Positions 26,861-40,807 of a stretch of 64,000 bases of DNA are shown in pieces. Numbering within the stretch: position 1 is the stretch's first letter; the number at the start of each line of letters is the position of its first letter. Origin of the DNA: the human T2T-CHM13v2.0 reference genome, Homo sapiens. The notes under the pieces were generated by a model. It was not told where the DNA came from. It saw only the letters and a list, made by a program, of their open reading frames with translations, and searched no databases. The stretch lies in the NCBI RefSeq assembly GCF_009914755.1, contig NC_060928.1; one strand, given 5' to 3'. A program made the translations under genes and the position numbers.

Positions 26861-27289
26861 TACTGTTACAGGCAAACAAATAAATACAATGATGTGCTGT
26901 GGAGGCAGCAACAGAACCTGGTAAGGAGAGAATAGGGATAAAAACTGGGACATGACCGCTTCTGTCCGGTAAGGAGTGGGGCTGAGAAAGGCTTCGTGCC
27001 TGTTGGAGTGTTAGAGGACAGACAGGTGTTTTCCCAGCAGACAAGTGGGATGGTGATATTTTAAGGAGACTGCATTTTAAGGAAGCTGCATGAGCAAAGA
27101 TGTCCCAGACTGACCTCATCTTCCCCCCATCCCCCCACCCCATCACTCCTTCCCCTCTGCTCCGCATCTCCTTGAACTGGACTGCTTCTCTCTCCTCAGC
27201 CCCCATCACCATTACCATCAGCTGCTCAAGGCAGAACACACAGAGAGGGGGACATCCTTATCTCCTCCCCCAGCTCATCTCCTTCACCA

Positions 27290-27945
27290 GGTCATGCTGA
27301 TGCTGCCTCCCGCATATCTCTTAAATCTATCCTCTCTGTATCCATAGATCTCTCTCTATCTCTGTGTATTCCTCTAATGGTTTCCCCTTGCTCTGAGGAT
27401 CAAATCCCACTTCCTGATCCTGTGGGGTCCATTCCTTCCCTCCCCTTCTAACCCCAGCCAGCCTCACTTTCCTTCCAGTCCTCAGATGCTGGCTTTTCCC
27501 TCTGCCTGAAAAGGTTCCTTCCTGCTTTCCACCCCACTCTCCCCGAAGTGCTCACCTTTCAGGCGGCTGTCTCAATGCCACTTCCTCAGGAACACTTCCC
27601 TGACTCTTGCACTAGGCTCTACCCTCTCCAGGTGCTCTGTCCTTACCACAATCAGAACTGATTATTTGTGTGCTTGTTGTATATAATCTGCAGACTCCAT
27701 GAGAGCAGGGATTTTGTGGATTTTGCATGGATGCCCTGATAGAAGCCCAGCTTCGAAAGCAGTGGCCGGCAGATAGTTGGCACCAAAAAGTATGTGTTGA
27801 ATTATTGTCTTTTCCTCACCAAACAGTAAGCTTCTGTAGACATGGGCTGTGTCAATATTATGTCCCCACAGCCTAGCCTGGTGTTTGGCTTGTGCTAGAT
27901 ATGCCATGAACGTTTGTTGGATAAACAAATAAATGAATGACTTCA
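27290..27945 (+). mobile_element. L2 LINE 3' remnants
   Basis: CTCCATGAGAGCAGGGATTTTGT; GTAAGCTTCTGTAGACATGGGCTGTGTC; ends AAATAAATGAATGA. Confidence 0.65.
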
Positions 27946-27958
27946 AAAATATGTCTCC

Positions 27959-28078
27959 AGCCAGGTACAGTGGCGCATGCCTGCAGTCCCTCTAGGCTGA
28001 GGCAGGAGGATTGCTTGAGCCCAGAATTTCAAGTCCAGCCTATGCAACATAGCAAGACACTGTCTCTAAAATAAATAA

Positions 28079-28118
<40 letters not shown>

Positions 28119-28122
28119 ACAA
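27959..28122 (+). mobile_element. Monomeric Alu (FLAM-like) with (TAAA)n tail
   Basis: Single arm ending CAACATAGCAAGACACTGTCTCT, followed by (AAAT)n. Confidence 0.85.
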
Positions 28123-28602
28123 ACTCCGCCTTCACCTCTGAAGAGGTGTACACTGTGCTTTTGACAGCATAGCCTAAAAGGGCAGAAACCTCTTAGCAGC
28201 CAATCCCACTAATACAACCATCATGTCTCAGGAATGAAAAGGACCATGTGGATTATTTAATTCAGTCCCCATTTGACATGTGACTCCTTCCTGCACTGCT
28301 CTCATCATGCCTTCATTCTGCCTACGCTGGAATACTGCAAGAAGCAATAACTCACTGCTTCCTGAGGAAAACTATCCCATCTTTTTCCCCCTCTGCTTGA
28401 TAGAAGTTCTTTGTGAACCTGAAGCAATAGCTGGCACCTCATAGCTTCCATCCGTGGGTCCTAGCTCTAGGCCTTAGGGCAACGATCTTTAAACTATGAG
28501 TTGCAACCCATTAATAAGTCAGAAAATGAATTGAATGGGTCTTGATGGGCATTTTTTTTTCAATGAAAAAGAATAGAATAGGATAGAAAGAATAGAATAG
28601 AG

Positions 28603-28893
28603 GACCAGGCACGGTGGCTCACGCCTGTAATCCCAGCACTTTGGGAGGCCAAGGCGGGTGGATCACAAGGTCAGGAGATTGAGACCATCCTGGCTAACAC
28701 AGAGAAACCCCATCTCTACTAAAAATACAAAAAAATTAGCTGGGCGTGGTGGCAGGTGCCTGTAGTCCCAGCTACTCGGGAGGCTGAGGCGGGAGAATGG
28801 CGTGAACCCAGGAGGCAGGCTTACAGTGAGTCAAGATCAGGCCATGGCACTCCAGCCTGGGGGACAGAGTGAGACTCCGTCTCAAAAAAAAAA
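28603..28893 (+). mobile_element. AluY
   Basis: GAGACCATCCTGGCTAACAC and GAGAATGGCGTGAACCC diagnostics. Confidence 0.95.
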
Positions 28894-28899
28894 GAAAGA

Positions 28900-28977
28900 G
28901 AATAGAATAGAATAGAATAGAATAGAATAGAATAGAATAGAATAGAATAGAATAGAATAGAATAGAACAGAACAGAA
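28900..28977 (+). repeat. (GAATA)n pentanucleotide microsatellite
   Basis: About 13 perfect GAATA units, then GAACA variants. Confidence 0.95.
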
Positions 28978-30285
28978 AATATCAAAGTAAACTGAACACA
29001 GTAGGGTCAATAATATTTTCTGGAATGCTTATTTCAGTTACATATGGGTGTTTACACATATTCTGCATTGAGATATGACATATAATTCTTACTGTAGGTA
29101 ACAGCCAAGCAGCTTTGAAAGCCAGTGTTCTGGAGAATTAGCAGACTTGTACTTTTGATGGACCTTTCAGTGTGAGAAGACCAGTTGAGATGGTCTCTAA
29201 AGCCTTCTCCTCCCAGCCCAAAACCCCTGGCTCCTTCCCTTGTTTGCATATGATGTGGTTGTTGGTTGCTTTCCCCTGGAACTCTCTCTACAGCCCTATC
29301 GAAGAGTAGTTCTGGGAAATAGCAGCTAACAGCATTCTCTAACCCCACATTTCTCTCTCACCAGCAGTTGGTGTACATTTTGTAGTCCTAGTGTTTTTCT
29401 GAAAATAAAGACAGACAAAAAATTGGGGTGAGGAATTCTGCCTTCTCTCTTTAATCCATCAACATTACACTAATGGCCCCAAACAGCAGACATAGACCTT
29501 TTTCTGTTTTCTTTGTCCAAATCTCATTGTAGCTGTGCTATGCTCTCAAGGTGGACTAAAATCTAATTAGTTGGAGTTTTTGTTTTGTTTTGTTTTTTGG
29601 CTGCCACAGAACACTATTGTCCTAGATTCAGATTCCTGTCAACTAAGTCTTGTTCACATAATAAACCATGTCTATTCCATCCTGTACTTACACGGGAACA
29701 CTGTGGGGCACGAAGTTAAAATTTCCCAGTTAAATTGCTTCTTGTTTGGATTCAGTGTATGCCCCTGATGATATCATTTTGGGTCCTGATGATCTCATTT
29801 CCCTTGTTCACCACTCCTCCCGCCAATTCAGCTTTTGAGCCTTTGGTATAAAGGAAAGAGCAATGACTTTGGGTTCTAGGGCTCAAATCCCCAGTCTCTG
29901 CCTTCATCTCAGTGTACCTTCAGGAAAGTTATTTAACCTTTCTATAACATAATATCTATCCCACAGTTTTATAAAAATTCAATTAAATGATATTATATAC
30001 GTATATATCACATCTTGTCTGACACGTAGTGGGCATGTAATAAGTAGTAATCATGAACAGCAACAACAGCAAAATATGTGACTGGACCAGGGGGAAAAAA
30101 AGCTTTTTTCACCACTAGAAACACCCCTGTGGGCTGAGAGTTTCCATGATCACAACCATTAAGTACAGCCACTCAAGCAGTTCCCAAGTTTTTTAATTAC
30201 TTGGGAACCATCCTATTTTTATTTTTCTTACCTTCAACAACATCCTGAGAGAACTATCAAATGCTTTGTTGAAATCCAAACACAA

Positions 30286-30640
30286 GGCTGGGCGCGATGG
30301 CTCATGCCTGTAACCCCTGGGAGGCTGAGTCAGGAGGATCACTTGAGCCCAAGAGTTCAAGACCGGCCTGGGCAACATAAGGAGACCCTGTCTCTACAAG
30401 TAGAAAAAAATTAGCCAAGCATGGTGGCGTATACCTGTAATATCAGCTTCTTGGGAGGCTGAGTTTGGAGGATTGCTTGGGCCCAGAAGTTTAAGGCACG
30501 GTGAGCTGTAATCATGCCACTGAACCCCAGCCTGGGCAACAGAGCAAGACCCTGTCAAGAAAGAAAGAAAAGAAATAAATAAAAAAGAAGAAAAGAAAGA
30601 AAAACAAAGGAGAAGGAAGGAAGGAAGGAAGGGAAGGAAG
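30286..30640 (+). mobile_element. Alu (AluJ-like) with purine-rich tail
   Basis: GGATCACTTGAGCCCAAGAGTTC; TSD AATCCAAACACA. Confidence 0.92.
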
Positions 30641-31091
30641 GAATCCAAACACACAATTCAGTTGACCTCTCAGGACTCTGGTCCCAAGAGCACCAACGAA
30701 AAAGAAAGAGGAAGAAGAGAAGAATTGAGATCAGCCTGGTGCGACCTGTTCCTTGTCAGCCTGTGCCATGTGCTCATGGTCCCCACATTCTCCACAAAGT
30801 GCTCAACAATTAACCCTTCCAAGATCAATTCCTGTGCAAGCTGGACAACATGCTTAACTATCTGTAGTCTGTAAAATGAACTGGTTTTCCATCTCGAAAA
30901 ATGGTGAGATGTGCTCATGGGCATTTTTTTTCCCAGCACATCTTCATTTCCCTAAGATTCTTTAAATTTCAAGAAGCAATGACTGAGAATCTGATTTGCG
31001 AATTGCCTCAGTACCTTGCAACATCATTAATTTATTCCAGAGATCTGAACTCATTAAGAGCAGCCACATGCTTCTTAAAAGCTCACTGGCG

Positions 31092-31378
<287 letters not shown>

Positions 31379-34300
31379 TCACTGGCTTCCATGTCACTGG
31401 CCAGTGCTCATTCTTTCTTTGCATTCTGTTCTACCATTCTCCCTGTTGGAGAAAACAGACAAAAGGAAGTCTTGCAGAGTTCTGCCCTCTCCAGACTGCC
31501 CAGCTACAGTTTCACCATCAATTCCAAGCTCTAGATCTGCCGCTGTCTTCCCTGAGCTTCTTGTCTGGAACCTCATTAAGTCCTTTTTGTTGTCTTTAGA
31601 AGTTTTTTGCATGCCTCAGCTCATTTTAGACTTTCACCTTCCCGATATACCTCTTGTAATCATTCTTGGTTGTGTGTTTTTTCTCTGCAAAAGTCTTTGT
31701 GAAACCTGAGCTCATTAAGTCCATCACAGCTACTTTGGCTTCTTTAAATACTTCCAAATTTCCTCCCTTCTCGGAGACTGTCGTGGTTGCAGAGACTGAG
31801 TTCATTTCTGAGAGCTTTTCACTATCAAGAAAGTTTCTCTCTTGTAGGGTCACATACCACAGAAGTGCACAGTGGGCCTGTTTTGTCTCTGGCCCTATTG
31901 ATATTTGCCTCCCTAATGGCTTAAGTAGGTGTCCAACCGTATCCAGATTTTCTCTTCTTGCCTATAGAAAACCCCAGGATGACACCTTTTTCTTTTGGAC
32001 AGAATACGGTGTATAAAGTAGTGAGTTGCATGCTGCCTCCTGCCCTTTTGGGAGACCAGCGTACAACCCAATGAGCTTATCAGAGAACTGCTGACTGCAG
32101 CTGGGCAAGCTATAAATTAAAAGTCTGGGATCTTTCTTTTTTCTTTTCTAAAAGAACCCTTTGTGAGTAATAATAATCCTTGTTAGATCTTACTGAGTGC
32201 TGATGTTTTTGCCAGGCAATTTTCTAAGAACTTGAAAGGTATCATTTCACTTAATCCCTCCAACAATGCTTTTGGGTAGGACCTATTATTGCTTCCATTT
32301 TATAGATGAGGACACTGAAGCACAGAGAGGTGAAGAAAATTTTCCACAGTCATGGAAGAAGTAATGGTGGGGCCATGATTGGACTTGACCCACTAGTCTA
32401 TGTCCTTGCCAACCACATCATATGGCGGTATCTCCAATCTTGTTATTATCCCATGGGTATTTTTACACCTATGCTGGATCCTGTATTTATCTCCATTAAG
32501 TATTATCCATTGGTCTTTTTATACCTTTGCTGGATCATATATTTATCTCCATTAAATATTTCCCTGCCAGTTTCACCTAGGACCTAGGGCCTATAAATGT
32601 CTTCTTGAATTTTGATTGTCTGTAAATTCATTGAATACTTCCACTTTTATGCCAGAAATCCTGGCTTTCTAAATCTCCCTCTATTATCCTTCTTATGACT
32701 ACACTGCCCTTCAATAATTTGTTTATATGTCTGTGAGTTCCCTGATATAAGGGGCTATTACTTATTCATTTTTGGTGTCTGTTGAATAAATGAATGAACG
32801 AATGAATGAATCCCATGTATTCATTCACATTCTCGACTTTTAAGAAGTGTTGAGTAGGCTGACTCTCAGGGGAAACAATAGCATCTGGGTTTTTCAAGAA
32901 TGATGCTATCTTTTTCCTGGTGGGGTTGACCTTTCCAAGTAGGCTGCCTGGTGGAGTGTCATAAAACTCCCTCTTCTCACAAATTATCCCACATGCCTGC
33001 AATTCCACAATGAAAGATTTATTCCTTTGACCTATGTCTTACCAGCCATTTCTACCTTAGTCCCCACTTCCCCAAAGAAAAAAGATTTCCTAGATCCTAG
33101 AGGAGGAAGCTTAAAGACCATGAAAACAGAGCAGAGGAACCCAGGGGACCTCGGAGAGGAGCCCAGGGCCCGCACGGTGTACTGATGGTGACTGCGAGCC
33201 GTAAAATAAAGCCCTTGAATAAAAAAAGAAAACAAATAGAAGTGTTCTGTTAGATGACTCTCAAAGCACTTTCCAAGGAGATGTAGGCTCATCATTTTAA
33301 AGCAGGGAAGAAACTTAAACCAAACCATCTTCTTTGAAAACGAAAGTCTTTATCAAGGCTATTTTCTTAAAGAAAATAGCCTCAAAGGCCTTGGTGAAAC
33401 ACCTGAGGAATTAGAGCAGACGAGGTCAGTTTAATATGTGTCATGTGTGTGTCTATAAAGATGTGAACCAAATTGAACTGTACTTATCAGCAAAGTACTG
33501 AATCGGCAGAAGAGCCCAGCTGCACCCCAAAGTGGCCACTTCTGAGAGCCTGTCGACAGCTTTATCTTGGCCCAGTGCCTACCCCTCTTCTTAGCACATT
33601 TTTGACTTCCCAGCTATCCACACCCCGTGTTGGTTTAGAAATAAAAGGTTGCTGTTATCTTAAGTGAGCGATTTAGCCCTTATTTAAGCATTTCTTTAAA
33701 AAAAAAAAAAAGTTCCATCAGCATGCTGAGGAGCAGCATCCCGGTCTTCCTTTTGCTGCTGACTCTCCAGGGGTCTCGGGTCAGCAATTTCAGCTCCCTC
33801 TGCCTCAGTTTCTGCATCCGGGCTTAGGGATTAGGGGCAGGGGAGGAGGAAGTGATGGCTACATTAGCAAAGTGCTTTCTACCATTTCATTACTCCATTA
33901 GGGTCTTCCTTCCTTTCCTCCTCAATGGGGTATTTTGAGAACTAATGAGATAATGGCCTGCAAGTGGTTGGAAACCCCTCAGAGGGTGTTAATACCCAGG
34001 ACGCCGGTCTCACTTCCTCCTAAACTAATTCCAGTTATCAACAATGCGCACACACATTCAGATCCGAGGAGTGACCTCACTTGGAGACTCGGCGGCCAAA
34101 GCCACACACATTGCCTCACAGCCATTGATCACAAGAGACATCCACATTATCTACCAGTTTTATTCTAATCTTCAAAGCAAATATACAGCAATTCTGCATG
34201 ATCCCAAGAATTGCATATTTTAAAGTGACAAATAATAAATAAATAAATAATAGAAAATCACTCAATTCTGATCTGGAAACAAGAGGCTGCAAAATGTACT

Positions 34301-35229
34301 TGCAGTAAGCGTGCTTTTAGAAATCCAAATTCACATTGAAAAAAATCTATTTGTGTGTAGATTAAGATATTCATAAGGAATGCTCCACTTCCTGTGATGT
34401 CTGCCTCTGATAAGGATACCAGAGTAAAGGGAGTTTACTTGGAACTGCATAACATGAAAGGAAAAAGACCTGGTTCTTTAACAGTCTTGTAGAGATCAAC
34501 TTAATTAACTGATCAATTTGGAGTGGAACAGGTTAGAAAATCCATTCAAGTATCGCTGATGAAATTGGCAGGTGAGTTTGGTGCAGATAGGTGGGGAGAG
34601 GGGAGAAAGAGAAAGACAGAGAGAAATGAATCTCATGCAAGTAATTCCTTCCAGGTCTCTGGTTGGTAGATTTGGAGGACAGCCCCCTCTCCAGTTTCAC
34701 AGCTTTGCAAAATTTAACTGTTTCTCTGTGTTCCGCTGAAAAACTTCATTTCAGAATCCTGCAAATGATTTTGTCTTCTGTTCATTTGTGTTAGGAATTT
34801 AGAGACTGACATCTGAGCAGTGCAGGCTGTGGGAATTAGGGAAATAATGTTAGAGCTATTTAGATTTCTGCTTTTCATTCAACAAATATAAGGGGAAGAC
34901 TTTAAATATTAGATGGAGGAAATAAAATATGGATAAAGAGGTATTCAGACTAGGTCTTTATGGAACAGTAATTGCAAACCCTTTCCAAGTCTTTCTCCCA
35001 ATTGCTCCTTGAATATTGAGGCTGCCTCTTTTAGTTTCTGTGGCTAAGTTCACCTCTGTAGCATTATGTCAGGCAAAGAACTATGAACACAAACAGCTCC
35101 CATTAGGGCTCTCAGCCCCAGGGGTCCTGACAGCTGGGAAGTGTTGCAAGTAAACTATTACAAATAATGGATAATTGAAATTTATCAATGATTTATTACA
35201 CAGACTATAAGCAATATTTCAGGGTTATT

Positions 35230-35699
35230 ACCATGAGGATACCTCTCATTCACCCACATTCCAATTTAATTTTACTTTCTTTTTCCTGTCTTTTGGACCA
35301 CAGATCCACAGAGTTGAATTAATTCTACTCTTTAGTGCATGGTACACTCATGGATTCATCAAATGCCCTTCAAAAGTGCCGTTGTTGTTTTCCCTCCAAC
35401 TCGCTCATCCCACTCTCATTCCCCCTCCTCCAGATACCCTTACTCCTATCTTTATGTAGATATACGGACATCCTTGAATAATATATAATATTACTTTGTG
35501 TGTGCATGTTTAATATCTAATTTACAAAAGGCAATGGGCTATAAATCTCATTCTCTCTGTTACTTTTTTCATCCAGCTCTGTTTTTTGGAATATCTCCTT
35601 GCTGTTATATTGAAATCTAATCATTATTGCTGACTGCCTTGCATCCAGCACAGTTGCTTCCTCCATTGCCCTAGGGATGAACACCTTGGTTGACTCTAC

Positions 35700-35732
<33 letters not shown>

Positions 35733-36630
35733 GCATAGATCGTGCTGCAAGGACCACCCACTGAGATGTCCCCTCACAGATCTGTGCACGTCTGTCTCTG
35801 GGGGCTGCACTAGGAGTGGGATTGCCGAAGCATAGGATATTACACTCCCACCAGCAGTGTCAGAGGGCTCTCTTTTCCCCACATCCCTTTCAGCACTTGA
35901 TATTAATAAGGTTTCCAATTTCTGTCAATCTAATTATTTTAAAGTGGATCGTGTTATAATTTAACTTTGCATTTCTCTGATTACCAGTGAAGTGGGTATC
36001 TCTTCACATGCTTAATAGCAATTTGGGTTTCTCCTTCTACAAACTGCCCATATCCTTTGCCTGTGTAGCTCTTATGTGAGTTTCCAATCCTTTTTTTGCC
36101 AATCTGCAGGAGTTCCTTGGGTCATCAATTCCTTATCGATTTTAGACACTGTGAACATCTTTCTCCATGCCATTGGAGGCAGGTTAACTGTTTTGAACCG
36201 AAATCTTTAATTTTTTAGATAGTCAGACCCATCAATTTTCCCCTTATGGTTTATGTTGTTTGGGTATTGATTAAGAAATGTGCAGAAAACTACAAAGCCA
36301 CAAAGATAGATGCCTATAGACTCTTCTGTAAGAATTGTGTCTTTTCCCTTCATACTTGGGTCCTTAGTCCATTTGAAATTTATTTTTGTCTATATGGAGA
36401 GGTAGGCATCCAGCTTTGGTTTTTTCCATAGTGAGTCATTTATCCCAACACTATTCACTAAGTGATCCAGCTTCCTCCCACGGATTTGGGAAATGGCTCT
36501 ATTATATACCAGTTTCCCATGGATACATGATTGGGTGTCCAGGTGCATATTCCATTTTTTGGTTAGTTTGTCTATTCCTGCACCACTACCCCACAGTTTT
36601 ATTGTGGTAGTTTTGAAATATGTCTTAACT
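35230..36630 (-). mobile_element. Old L1 (L1ME-like) ORF2 end and 3' UTR
   Basis: TTTGCATTTCTCTGATTACCAGTGAAG; CACTCCCACCAGCAGTGT; TTAGTCCATTTGAAATTTATTTTTGT. Confidence 0.8.
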
Positions 36631-38386
36631 AATGTGTTTTCTTAAGTGAGAGAGAAGGGTAGGGTTATATTAGTGGACTAGGAATGGTACAGAATCCCAC
36701 AGCCTCTCTCATCCTTGTCATAGCCCGTAATTCCCATATAAGGTCGCTCATGGGAAGGGATCCTACATGAAAATTTCATCTGCAGTCTATGTCAAAATGG
36801 GGCGGGGGAAGCTGAAACATCTAAGAGGTCACCTGTTTGCCGTGCACAATATCCTGGAATTAAATTCCGTAGCTTTCAAAATAAGAAAGAGTGTCAATAT
36901 TTTTTTATTCTTTCTTGAAAGTTAATACCTTAAGAACCTAGAACACAATTCTTCTGTGGAAATCACAGAGCTTCAGGAGTTATTTCATTGGATTGCCAAG
37001 AGTTCCTAAGCGGGTAATTTGTATGCAGCAATTGAGGGGCAAAGTGGTTAATAATAAGCCTAACCCCAACATCTACTAACTAGTTTTACTAATCTGTAGT
37101 GGAACTGAAACTAGAACCCAGATCTCCTGGGAGTTCCTCTTCAACTTTACAAATACATGTCTAATGCTCCCTGTGTGCTAGGCATCATTACACGGAGTAG
37201 AAAAATGAGTTAATAAACAAGGTCTCTGTCTACATATTATTCAGTCAGTGACTTGCCTGGGCCCTGGCTTTGTACTCTGAATCATGGAAGAATGGACCTA
37301 TTATGAAGTTATGAAGATATTTAGTCGATCCTATCAGCCAGAGGTCAATTCAAATACATTTTACATAGACCGGCTGACAATCAGCTAAAAATTCCAAAGA
37401 GACTCTGCTGTGGTGGATTAACTGGCCAAATACAGACCTAGTCTATCACTCAGATGAGACAAAATGGTATGCCAAAAATGTCCTTCCAGAACAGGAATTA
37501 GATTAAAGCTACATTAGGGTTTCTGGATAGTCAACAGTTGAGCTGTTTCCAGCTAAGGGAAAAGACAGAATATTCAGGCTCAGGAAAGAAAGAAAGAGAG
37601 AGGGAGGAAGGAGGGAAGGAGGGAGGGAGGGAAGGAAAAGGAAATGAAAAAAACGATGCTCAGTTGGGAATACCTAGGAAAAAGGCAGGATGTTACAGGG
37701 GCAGAGACATCCAGAAAGTCTTCTCCTTTCCTCCTCTCTGACTTTACCAGAATCTCATTTTGAGCCTGAATTACTTGTGAGTAAATATCAGCAATTAACC
37801 AGCACAAATAAGGTGTGGCTGACACATAGAAAATATTCAATAATTATTAACATTTTTAAAAGTAGACAAATATCTCTTAGAAATAATGAATTGAACAAAG
37901 GAGTACATGAAGCTTTCATTTGCAAGTGTGAAATAAACTGAACATTGTTCACATTGTCTATTTATTTTTGCTTTCCCTATAGCCAAATTCCTGAAGGAAT
38001 TATCTCATTAAAAAAAAATTTAGGTGTTGTTTATCATAGCAAAAAATAAAATAAGAGTAAAGACAAGAAAAAGAAAACTGTCCTAAAGTTTGGTTGAAGA
38101 AATTTCAACATATTCATATTTTGATATTCTACTAAGTCTTCATAATTATTTGAAATCATGTGGTGGATTAAGAGTAACAAAGAAAGATATTTAGACTTTG
38201 TGAAATTGAAAAAGCAGGTTAGATGATAATATATTATTGAAGAATACAGAGCCTAGAGGCAGACAACTTGGGTTCAGCTCCCACTTCTTCCACTTCAATA
38301 GCTACGAGGCTTTCGGCAATATTTGTAATCTCTCCCTGCTTCAGTTTCCTCACCTGCAAAATGGCAATAGAAATTAAACCTACTTC

Positions 38387-38664
38387 GGCCAAGTGCAGCG
38401 GCTCACGCCTGTAATCCCAGCACTTTTGGAGGCTGAGACAGGTGGATCATCTGAGGTCAGGAGTTTGAGAGCAGCCTGGCCAACATGGCAAAACCCCATC
38501 TCTACTAAAAATAACAAAAATTTAGCTGGGCGTGGTGGCGGGTGCCTGTAATCCCTCAGGAGGCTGAGGCAGGAGAATCGCTTGAGCCCAGGAGGTGGAG
38601 GTTGCAGTGAACCAAAATTGTGCCATTGCACTCCAGCCTGGGCAACAAGAGCAAAACTCCGTCA
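38387..38664 (+). mobile_element. Alu (AluSq/Sp-like) inserted in a MIR
   Basis: GGCAACAAGAGCAAAACTCCGTC end; TSD AATTAAACC(T/C)ACTTC at ~38372-38386 and ~38904-38918. Confidence 0.95.
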
Positions 38665-38735
38665 GAAAGAAAGAGAAAGAAAGAAAGAGAGAAAGAGAGA
38701 AAGAGAGAGAGAGAGAGAGAAAGACAGACGAAGGA

Positions 38736-38779
<44 letters not shown>

Positions 38780-38905
38780 GAAAGAAAGAAAGAGAAAGAA
38801 AGAAGGAAGGAAGGAAGGAAAGGAGGGAGAGAGGAAGGAAGGAAAGGAGGGAGGGAGGAAGGAAAGGAGGGAGGGAGGGAGGGAGGCAAGGAAGGAAGGA
38901 AGGAA
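38665..38905 (+). repeat. Complex polypurine repeat (GA)n/(GAAA)n/(GGAA)n/(GGGA)n derived from the Alu tail
   Basis: About 240 nt with only three pyrimidines, lying between the Alu body and its TSD. Confidence 0.95.
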
Positions 38906-40444
38906 TTAAACCCACTTCATAGGGTTTTTGAGACAATTTAGTGAATCAATTAATACACGCCAAAGCAATCTGAACAGCACCAATAGATGTTAGTTATGGT
39001 GATTATTATTATAACAGTATCATCTCATATCTTCCTATAGAGAAATGTCTGTAAAGATATACTATAAAATTTTAACATTTTTTATCTCTGGAAGGTGAGA
39101 GTATGGATTTATTTTTCTTCTTTCTGCTTATCTACATTTTTCTAATTTTCCCAGACATGAAAATATATTGATTTTCTAATAAAGAGCAACAAGTTATTTT
39201 ATAATTTGTGAGAAAAGATCTATGAGATGGGTAGAGGCGGGAAAGAATGGCACATCCACACCGTCAAGAGCTCCCTGCTGACAAACAGCATGGCAGTGAG
39301 GATGGTGCTGGGTTACATCCCCAAATAAGTAGGGGGTGAGGGGCTGAGGAAGGGAATAAAGGAACGTTGGAGAGAGTGACATTCTCCTCCTTGTTTTTTA
39401 TCTCACACTCAAGGTTAAGATTCAATACAGCAGCAAAGTGAATAAAGAAATGAAGTGCTGTGAGAGGTCACAGGGACAAACATCGAGTGGCTGGGGAGTT
39501 TTGAAAGGCATTGGATAATTTCACCGCCATTAATAACATCTGCAGTCCTGCCAAGCAGGCTAATGGCAGGGGTAATTAGAGCCTGTGCTCTAAGACAGAT
39601 GACTGCTTGTCAGAGCAGGAGAGCAGGTCCACCCCAGGGGCCACTGCCCAGGGGTAGTCAAGGCCAGGAGGGGGCAGGGCCTTGTCAGGAAGGACCCTAC
39701 CTGATCACAGGAAAGAGATGACCCAGACTGGCCTCTGTGGGAAGATTCTCAGCTCACAAAGGAAACAGGGGGTGTCGGGGCAGTTCGGGGCTTGGGTCTA
39801 AATATAAAGCTGGTCCATACTAATATCCTGTCATGAAATACTTTCATCCTTCACATATCCAAGATTTAGGCTTACAGAGAGACGTTCAGTTCAAAGAAGT
39901 TGTGAAATCAATAAGTTTTTCATTAACCAGTGATTACCCAGCCATCATTATGCCCTCACTGGTAGAGTGATTTTCTAGTCACTCAGACTAAGAAGTGGCC
40001 ATTTGAAGACTTAATCTTTCTTCATGGACAAGGAAAGGAATGGGTTTAACATGAGCATTTTGGTCTTTCCTTGTCTCTAAATCAAGTTAAGTTCTTCAGT
40101 TTTTTGATAAAGATGACTAATGTATTTTTTCTAAAGGTTTTGTTATGAGATACAAAGATTTATTTTTGAAGTGAAGATTTCCATCTGGATAAGTCTCAGA
40201 AAGAATCCTTGTATCCACGAGATGGTTCCCTACCTAGGATGCCAAAGGGAAACACTTGCAATGCCACTTAGGGATTTGTCCCAATAATTTCACTTAGGCA
40301 AAAATATATCAAATGATTATTTCAGTAGACTTCTATACAAGTTTACTTGTTTGGAGATATTAGACCCCCCAGTGCAATGCTGCACAATTTTAAAAGACAC
40401 CTAACCAACTTCCACTTATACATTTCAGATTGAACAACAGTGTT

Positions 40445-40807
40445 TGTATTAGTCTGTTCTCATGCTGCTAATAAAGATATACATGAGACTGGCTAATTTA
40501 TAAACAAAAAGAGGTTTACTGGACTCATAGTTTCACATGGCTGGGGAGGCCTCACAATCATGGCAGAAGGCAAAGGAGGGGCAAAGACATGTCTTACATG
40601 GCAGCAGGCAAGACAGCATGAGCAGGAGAACTGCCCTTTATGAAACTATCAGATCTCATGAAACTTATTCACTATCACGAGAACAGCACAGGAAAAACCA
40701 CCCCCATGATTCAATTACTTCCCACCAGGTCCCTCCCACAACACATGGGGATTATGGGAGTTACAATTCAAGATGAGATTTGGGTGGAAGCACAGCCAAA
40801 CCATATA
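40445..40807 (-). mobile_element. THE1 solo LTR (THE1C-like)
   Basis: TGTATTAGTCTGTTCTCATGCTGCTAATAAAG...CACAGCCAAACCATATA; TSD GTGTT. Confidence 0.93.

Larger units (their letters stand above)
28479..29127. mobile_element. hAT-Charlie relic (MER112-like) interrupted by AluY and a (GAATA)n expansion
   Basis: AAACTATGAGTTGCAACCCATTA...AATAGAATAG...AAAATATCAAAG...TTTGAAAGCCAGTG; family name tentative. Confidence 0.6.

Noticed and set aside
38556-38941. Several overlapping E/R/K-rich and F/L/S-rich ORFs
   Set aside because: They stay open only because the polypurine repeat contains no stop codons.
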